64,000 nucleotides of DNA from Candidatus Woesearchaeota archaeon (lineage in GTDB: Archaea > Nanobdellota > Nanobdellia > Woesearchaeales > JAGLGH01). Shown piece after piece: positions 59,220 through 64,000 of this stretch. Numbering within the stretch: the first letter of the stretch is position 1; the number at the start of each line of letters is the position of its first letter. Under the pieces are notes generated by a model. It did no database searches. It worked only from the letters and a program-made list of their open reading frames with translations, and was not told the origin of the DNA. Both the position numbers and the translations under genes were made by a program. The stretch spans positions 4,258 through 68,257 of the forward strand of contig DAOVBM010000002.1 in the NCBI GenBank assembly GCA_030670545.1. Direction: 5' to 3'.

Positions 59220-60479
59220 GTGTTTAGGATGGTTATAATGGTGACTAAATATGATGTATTCATGGAATTGTACGAAAAAGGAGGTCCACGAAAGATTGTG
59301 GATATTGTGCAGGGACTTAAGCAAAAGAAGTCAGAATATGATAAGATCAGGAAGATTTTGGAGACTCTTGTAGGAATTAAATTAATTGTCAAGAATGAGT
59401 ATGGCTATGAAAGGAGCATGAACCAGAAGAATCAGCATTTATTTGAGATGCTAAAGTACTGTATAAAAAATGATGTGAATTACAATGAATTGTTTGATGA
59501 GACCGTTGCCAAATATCTAAGCAAAGCATTCCTGAAAAAATCTTTTGGAGTTAAAGATATTGGGCTTCATGCAAGAACATTCTCAAAAATATCATCTGTT
59601 CTGGAAAATAATGGATTTCTGGTTGTGCTTTCAAGAAAACCATTCAAGGCTATTGTTCCCTATAATTCTTTTTTAGGTGATATTATTGTTTATTTTGGCC
59701 ATAGGCCAATGGTTTCCAGACTAAAAACAGATGAATATTTTGATGATATTAAGAAAGAGCTTGCAAAATTCAAAAGGCTAATAGAAGACAATAATAGAAA
59801 GTATCAGGAGATTCTTGAGACATTCCAGATAAAGTTTATTCATCATAGTCTGAGTATTGAAGGCAATCCAATTACTCTCAGGCAGACAATCAAGCTGCTT
59901 AAGGATAAAATTGTTCCAGAGAACCTGAGTGTTGAGTCTGTTCAGGAAGTCCAGAATTATCAGAAAGCTTTTCTGCAGATGATCCAGAATGTGAGGGACG
60001 AGCTTCCTCTCTCAAAAGACAGCATGTTGAACTATCATTTTATTGCGCTGCAGCACAAACCAGAATGGGCTGGCAAGATTAGAGATGACCATGTTACTAT
60101 ACGCGGGAATGTAGATTACAAAGTTGCTCATTATAAAGATGTAGATTCGCTGTTAGATAAACTTGTCAAGAGATACAATGACTTTCTTAATGTGAAAAAG
60201 CACGCATTAAAAGAACTTCTTGAATTTGCTTCATATATTCATAATGAGTTTCAGCACATTCATCCTTTCTTTGACGGGAACAGCAGGACAACCAGGCTTA
60301 TTGTCTTCCATTTCCTGCAAATAAATGAAATCCCTATTTTTGATATACCTCTGGGATTGCTTGAAGAATATGTGTTTTCCACAAAAGGAGCAAAGAAGCG
60401 TGACGACCAGAAGTTAGGTCAGATACTTCAGCAAATAATTCTCTATAATCTAAAGACAATTAATGAGAAACTCTCTTGA
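59220..60479 (+). CDS. Fic/DOC family protein (probable AMPylase) with N-terminal wHTH
   Basis: Fic motif HIHPFFDGNSRTTR matches HPFx[DE]GN[GS]R. Confidence 0.8.
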   Translation: MFRMVIMVTKYDVFMELYEKGGPRKIVDIVQGLKQKKSEYDKIRKILETLVGIKLIVKNEYGYERSMNQKNQHLFEMLKYCIKNDVNYNELFDETVAKYLSKAFLKKSFGVKDIGLHARTFSKISSVLENNGFLVVLSRKPFKAIVPYNSFLGDIIVYFGHRPMVSRLKTDEYFDDIKKELAKFKRLIEDNNRKYQEILETFQIKFIHHSLSIEGNPITLRQTIKLLKDKIVPENLSVESVQEVQNYQKAFLQMIQNVRDELPLSKDSMLNYHFIALQHKPEWAGKIRDDHVTIRGNVDYKVAHYKDVDSLLDKLVKRYNDFLNVKKHALKELLEFASYIHNEFQHIHPFFDGNSRTTRLIVFHFLQINEIPIFDIPLGLLEEYVFSTKGAKKRDDQKLGQILQQIILYNLKTINEKLS

Positions 60480-60521
60480 TTATATTCTCCTTGAGTCATA
60501 CCAAAAGTGGCTTTTGATACA

Positions 60522-61100
60522 CTAAGAAATTTGCAAACCAATTTCTGGTGCACAAAAAATCTTTTGATTTTTTAGTGTTTCTGCAGTTAAAATAGCGTAT
60601 TCTTTTTTTGTTTTTATGCCTCTTTTATCCCATTCGCCAGTTAATTCATCTCTTACTGCTATTCCTCTAACTCGTTTCTCAATCCAATCTTCTGAATAGC
60701 CCTTTGCTTTGTATAATTCTTTCATACGTTTTTGAGCCAATTCAGGGTTTTCTATTTCCTGTACTCTCTGATAACCTACTTCTGCGAGCCATTGTTTAAA
60801 AGGTTCTGCCTTTTTAGATGGAATAGATTGGATTACCCTAAATGCGTTTTTTGTATTTACGCAGTCAGTTAGGTAGGATTTACTATCAGAAGACACTAAT
60901 TTCAGTTGTCCGATTTTTGCGGACAACTCAAAACCTTCTTCAGTAAGCCTTTTTTTTAGGTCAGACCAGTATTTTCTTGCCCTTCCGCTTTCTGTTAATA
61001 CACTTATGATATCAACTACTGAAAACCACCATTCATCATTGAACCAAGTTCTTCTAATACTTTTTCCTTGAAATACTACTAATGCTTTTTCTGTGTCCAT
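60522..61100 (-). CDS. DinD/Bro-N-like (DNA-damage-inducible protein D family) protein
   Basis: VVFQGKSIRRTWFNDEWWFSVVDIISVLTESGRARKYWSDLKKRL resembles a Bro-N/DinD N-terminal domain. Downstream helical region resembles DinD. Confidence 0.45.
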   Translation of the reverse strand: MDTEKALVVFQGKSIRRTWFNDEWWFSVVDIISVLTESGRARKYWSDLKKRLTEEGFELSAKIGQLKLVSSDSKSYLTDCVNTKNAFRVIQSIPSKKAEPFKQWLAEVGYQRVQEIENPELAQKRMKELYKAKGYSEDWIEKRVRGIAVRDELTGEWDKRGIKTKKEYAILTAETLKNQKIFCAPEIGLQIS

Positions 61101-61378
61101 TTTTAATTTGCTTCTTTAGAAATTCTTTTTTCCATAGTCCTGCCATACTAAAATAAGAATATAGCTTTTATTTATATATTGAGAGTTTTGAATAACCCAT
61201 CAATTTGTTCAAAACTCTGATAGATTACTTTGATTAATTCATCAAAAATGGGGTTAATCAAAGTCCTCTATTCTTCTACTATTAAATCGGAAAATATTCG
61301 GTCGGTAACGCAGCGTGGACAGCAGTTTGAATTAGGGCATGCAACATTTATATTATATGGACATTAATCCATGATATT

Positions 61379-61546
61379 ATGAGGACATTTACAGCATTAA
61401 TACAAAAGGAAGAAGATATGTACGTAGCTACATGTCCTGAGATTGGTACAGTAAGTCAAGGTACTACTATCGAAGAAACTTTGGATAATCTTAAAGAAGC
61501 TACTGAACTTTATCTACAAGAGTTTCCAGTTGAGCAAAGGAATTAG
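61379..61546 (+). CDS. HicB-like (UPF0150) antitoxin, 55 aa
   Basis: YVATCPEIGTVSQGTTIEETLDNLKEATELYLQE matches the HicB N-domain pattern (Y.A.CPEL.G..AQG.T.EEA..N..EA..L.LE). Below the 60-aa track cutoff. Confidence 0.6.
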   Translation: MRTFTALIQKEEDMYVATCPEIGTVSQGTTIEETLDNLKEATELYLQEFPVEQRN

Positions 61547-61565
61547 CTACTTTTGAGGTGGCTGA

Positions 61566-61673
61566 AATTGCCAAGACTTAAGAAAAAATCATAAAGAGCT
61601 TAAGATTGGAACTCTCAAAGGAATTCTTAAATTAGCTAAAATCGATGAAGAAGCTTTTGTTAAACATTTATAA
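61566..61673 (+). pseudogene. Remnant of HicA-like toxin (C-terminal ~30 codons, no start codon)
   Basis: Frame encodes ...RKNHKELKIGTLKGILKLAKIDEEAFVKHL*, which resembles the HicA C-terminus (HPKKDLPKGTLKSILKQAGL). Preceded by an in-frame stop. Confidence 0.35.
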
Positions 61674-62009
61674 GATTAAAATCCTGTATTATTATGGCTC
61701 ATAATATTGCCTATTGCTGAATCCCTCGAAACTGCGATTTTTAAACCTATATTCCTAGTTCTATATTATCTGTATATTTGTGTTGTTTTTTGTATACTGG
61801 GGTTTACTACTTCAAAATCACTAACTAAACCCCCCTTTCTGTGGTTTTTAGTTTTTATCGTCTAAAAATTCCCCAAATCAGCAGCCAAAGGGGTATTATT
61901 ATAGAGACTATATCTTGCAATATCTATTCTATAACACAATAATCTTTATATTTGAAATATGTTCAGAGAAGATTATTAGATTAGTAATTAAACATTAGGA
62001 GGTGTTTAG

Positions 62010-62261
62010 ATGGCCGATATTTCAAACAGAACATTGGCAATTTTGATAGTAGCGATATTGGTGACTTCGTTACTAAGCACTTGGCTGGTTTTGTCTCAGC
62101 ACTCTTATGATATGAGCTGGTACCCTACAGAAGACAGGGGAGTTGGTATTGTAAAGCTCTACATTGAAGGAGTAGAAGTAGGAGAACAGGCACAGGATGG
62201 TCAGGTGAGATTGGTAGTGTTGCCTCAGGCAACAGCACCAGTGGCGGCTACGCCAGGATAG
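62010..62261 (+). CDS. Small N-terminally anchored protein (paralog pair member 1)
   Basis: MADISNRTLAILIVAILVTSLLSTW hydrophobic N-terminus. RBS-like AGGAGGTG 8 nt upstream. Confidence 0.5.
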   Translation: MADISNRTLAILIVAILVTSLLSTWLVLSQHSYDMSWYPTEDRGVGIVKLYIEGVEVGEQAQDGQVRLVVLPQATAPVAATPG

Positions 62262-62317
62262 ATTTTTTTTAAGGATTGAAAATAAAAAACTAAATAAACG
62301 CGAGGTGTTAAATAAAA

Positions 62318-62941
62318 ATGGCAGACGAGATTTCAAATAAAACATTGGCAGTCATTGTTGTTGCTGCGATTGTAGTGACACTTGGAAGCACTGCTCTGAT
62401 ACTTAGAATGGGAGCGCCTATGATCACAGGTATGGTTATCGAACAGGCAGGAACTGCAACATTCAACATTACATCAGTTACATCCATTGCAATCCCAGAG
62501 AATACGATTGATTTTGGAGCTGGAGCAGTAGATGCAGGAGTAGCATCAGCAACAATTGATTCAGATGGAAATACACTAAACTGGACTGGAACAGTTCCTG
62601 ATGGCGCTTTTGTGATTGAGAATGACGGAAACGTTGACATTGATATTAATGTCAATTCAACAGTAGATGCAGACGGATTTATCGGAGGTACTGCAGATGT
62701 CAACTCTTTTATGTGGAAGGTAGATAAGACAGAAGGAGGAGAAGTTTCAGCTTGTGTTAGTAGCGACATAGATGCTTATACAGAGGTTGTCACAACAGGT
62801 GGCGCACTATTCTGCGGAAACCTATCATCTATTGACGCTGCAGACCTTGTAGCTATGGACCTTCAGTTGGTAATTCCATCAGATGCTGTGCCAGGCTCAA
62901 AGTCAGCAACCATTAACTTTATAGCTTCAGCAACTTCTTAA
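62318..62941 (+). CDS. N-terminally anchored beta-rich surface protein (paralog pair member 2)
   Basis: MADEISNKTLAVIVVAAIVVTLGST is nearly identical in pattern to the N-terminus of member 1. Thr/Asp/Gly-rich beta-strand body. Confidence 0.55.
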   Translation: MADEISNKTLAVIVVAAIVVTLGSTALILRMGAPMITGMVIEQAGTATFNITSVTSIAIPENTIDFGAGAVDAGVASATIDSDGNTLNWTGTVPDGAFVIENDGNVDIDINVNSTVDADGFIGGTADVNSFMWKVDKTEGGEVSACVSSDIDAYTEVVTTGGALFCGNLSSIDAADLVAMDLQLVIPSDAVPGSKSATINFIASATS

Positions 62942-62996
62942 GCTGAATCTATTATTTTTTTATTTTTATTATTTTTTATAGAATCAGAGGTATACA

Positions 62997-64000
62997 ATGA
63001 ATTCTAAAAAAATCTTAATGTTCATCTCATCATTATTTATCCTGATTTTGCTATGCCAGCCGATTCTGGGCATAGGCATTAGGGGAATAGTAAACTATTT
63101 CCAGATATATGAGCCAAATGCTCATATTGAACTTGATTATGGAGTAGTAAGCAATATGCCTCCAATGGATGTTGTGATTGGATTTGAAGAGCCTCTGGAG
63201 ATGAAAGGATCTATTAAGGTTGATACGGAAAAAATGTTTCTTCGAACTGGTGAAGAGAAACAGATTCATGTAACCCTTGATCTTCCGTCTGAAGTAAAAA
63301 CTCCAGGACCTCATGACTTCTGGGTTTTGGCTGTTGAATCTCCTCCAAAATTAAGGGGGGGTCAGGTAGGAGCAGTAGGAACTGTAAAATCAAAGATAAC
63401 AATATTTGTGCCTTATCCTGGAAAGTACCTTAGGGGTAAGATTGAGGCAAAACCAGTCAAAGAAGGCGAAGAGATGGCTATAGACCTTATACTGACGCAT
63501 TTAGGAAATGAGACTATAAAGTCTGTAAAAGCCATAGTTGAGATTTATGATCCTGAAGATAACAGGATTGCGACAATGCAGGCATACCAGCCAGGCAATA
63601 AAAATGACTTTGAGATATCGATTAAGCCAAAAGAGACAAAAAAGATGTATATTGACTGGCTGCCTGCTGAGGGATTAAAAGGCAAATTCAGGGTAAGAAT
63701 CCTTATCAATTATGACGGCATAGACCTTGAAGTTGGGGGCATAGCTTATGTTGGATATAAGAATATAGAAATTATTAATACGTCAAAACAGGTTGAGGCA
63801 GGCACTGTTACACAGTATCTTGTAAATATAGGAAGCCTGTGGAATGATGTGCTGTATGATGTGTTTACAGATGTCACATTCTTTAACAGCACTGGTGATG
63901 AGCTTGACATTGTGCGCTCTTCGCGATATGACATCCTGCCATTCAAGAGTCTCTGGTTCAGGAGCTACTGGAATACAAGAAACCTAAGGCCTGGAAATTA
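62997..64000 (+). CDS. Secreted beta-rich protein of the VPYPG family (partial, runs off window end)
   Basis: Open frame from the ATG at 62997 with no stop before 64000. Signal peptide MNSKKILMFISSLFILILLCQPILG. Paralog of 57542-59155. Confidence 0.55.
   Translation, partial: MNSKKILMFISSLFILILLCQPILGIGIRGIVNYFQIYEPNAHIELDYGVVSNMPPMDVVIGFEEPLEMKGSIKVDTEKMFLRTGEEKQIHVTLDLPSEVKTPGPHDFWVLAVESPPKLRGGQVGAVGTVKSKITIFVPYPGKYLRGKIEAKPVKEGEEMAIDLILTHLGNETIKSVKAIVEIYDPEDNRIATMQAYQPGNKNDFEISIKPKETKKMYIDWLPAEGLKGKFRVRILINYDGIDLEVGGIAYVGYKNIEIINTSKQVEAGTVTQYLVNIGSLWNDVLYDVFTDVTFFNSTGDELDIVRSSRYDILPFKSLWFRSYWNTRNLRPGN

Noticed and set aside
62010-62941. Canonical archaeal type IV pilin (class III signal peptide) assignment for the MADISN paralogs
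   Set aside because: There is no (K/R)-G/A cleavage motif preceding the hydrophobic stretch. They are kept only as unusual candidates rather than called pilins.

Overview
Low-GC (~35%) archaeal chromosomal segment. The compact, Lys-rich proteins and the r-protein gene order suggest a small-genome DPANN-type archaeon, but that is inference only. Positions 1-4.2 kb hold a primase-large-subunit-CTD-like Zn-ribbon protein, a Cys-rich secreted protein paired with a PEF-CTERM surface protein, and a COG1373-type ATPase. Positions 4.85-19.9 kb hold the canonical archaeal ribosomal-protein superoperon (uL3 through uL15, with aIF1/SUI1 and RNase P Rpp29 embedded), followed by SecY and a DUF106/Oxa1-like insertase. 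Several of these r-proteins carry Lys/Glu-rich low-complexity tails encoded by short tandem DNA repeats. Positions 19.9-26 kb hold an MFS transporter, a 1166-aa Gly-rich PEF-CTERM surface protein and HisRS. Positions 26-50 kb look accessory-like. Housekeeping genes (AhcY, SMC, RNase HII, DRG GTPase) are interleaved with an exported Lon-like S16 protease, a secreted PLD-like nuclease, a second Cys-rich/PEF-CTERM gene pair, an HPF/RaiA-like protein and a HerA-like ATPase next to a PP-loop ATPase. This region also carries three families of structured intergenic repeats. Family 1 is a ~170-bp long-hairpin MITE-like element present in 7 copies, two of which carry nested insertions. Positions 50-64 kb hold a wHTH gene coupled to a ~1.5-kaa membrane-anchored giant protein with 750-bp tandem repeats, a RelE/ParE-like TA pair, a dual-HTH regulator with upstream direct repeats, a surface-protein operon, a Fic protein, a DinD/Bro-N-like protein, a HicB-like gene with a HicA remnant, and a pair of small N-terminally anchored paralogs next to a large secreted paralog family. 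No rRNA, tRNA or CRISPR array was recognised.
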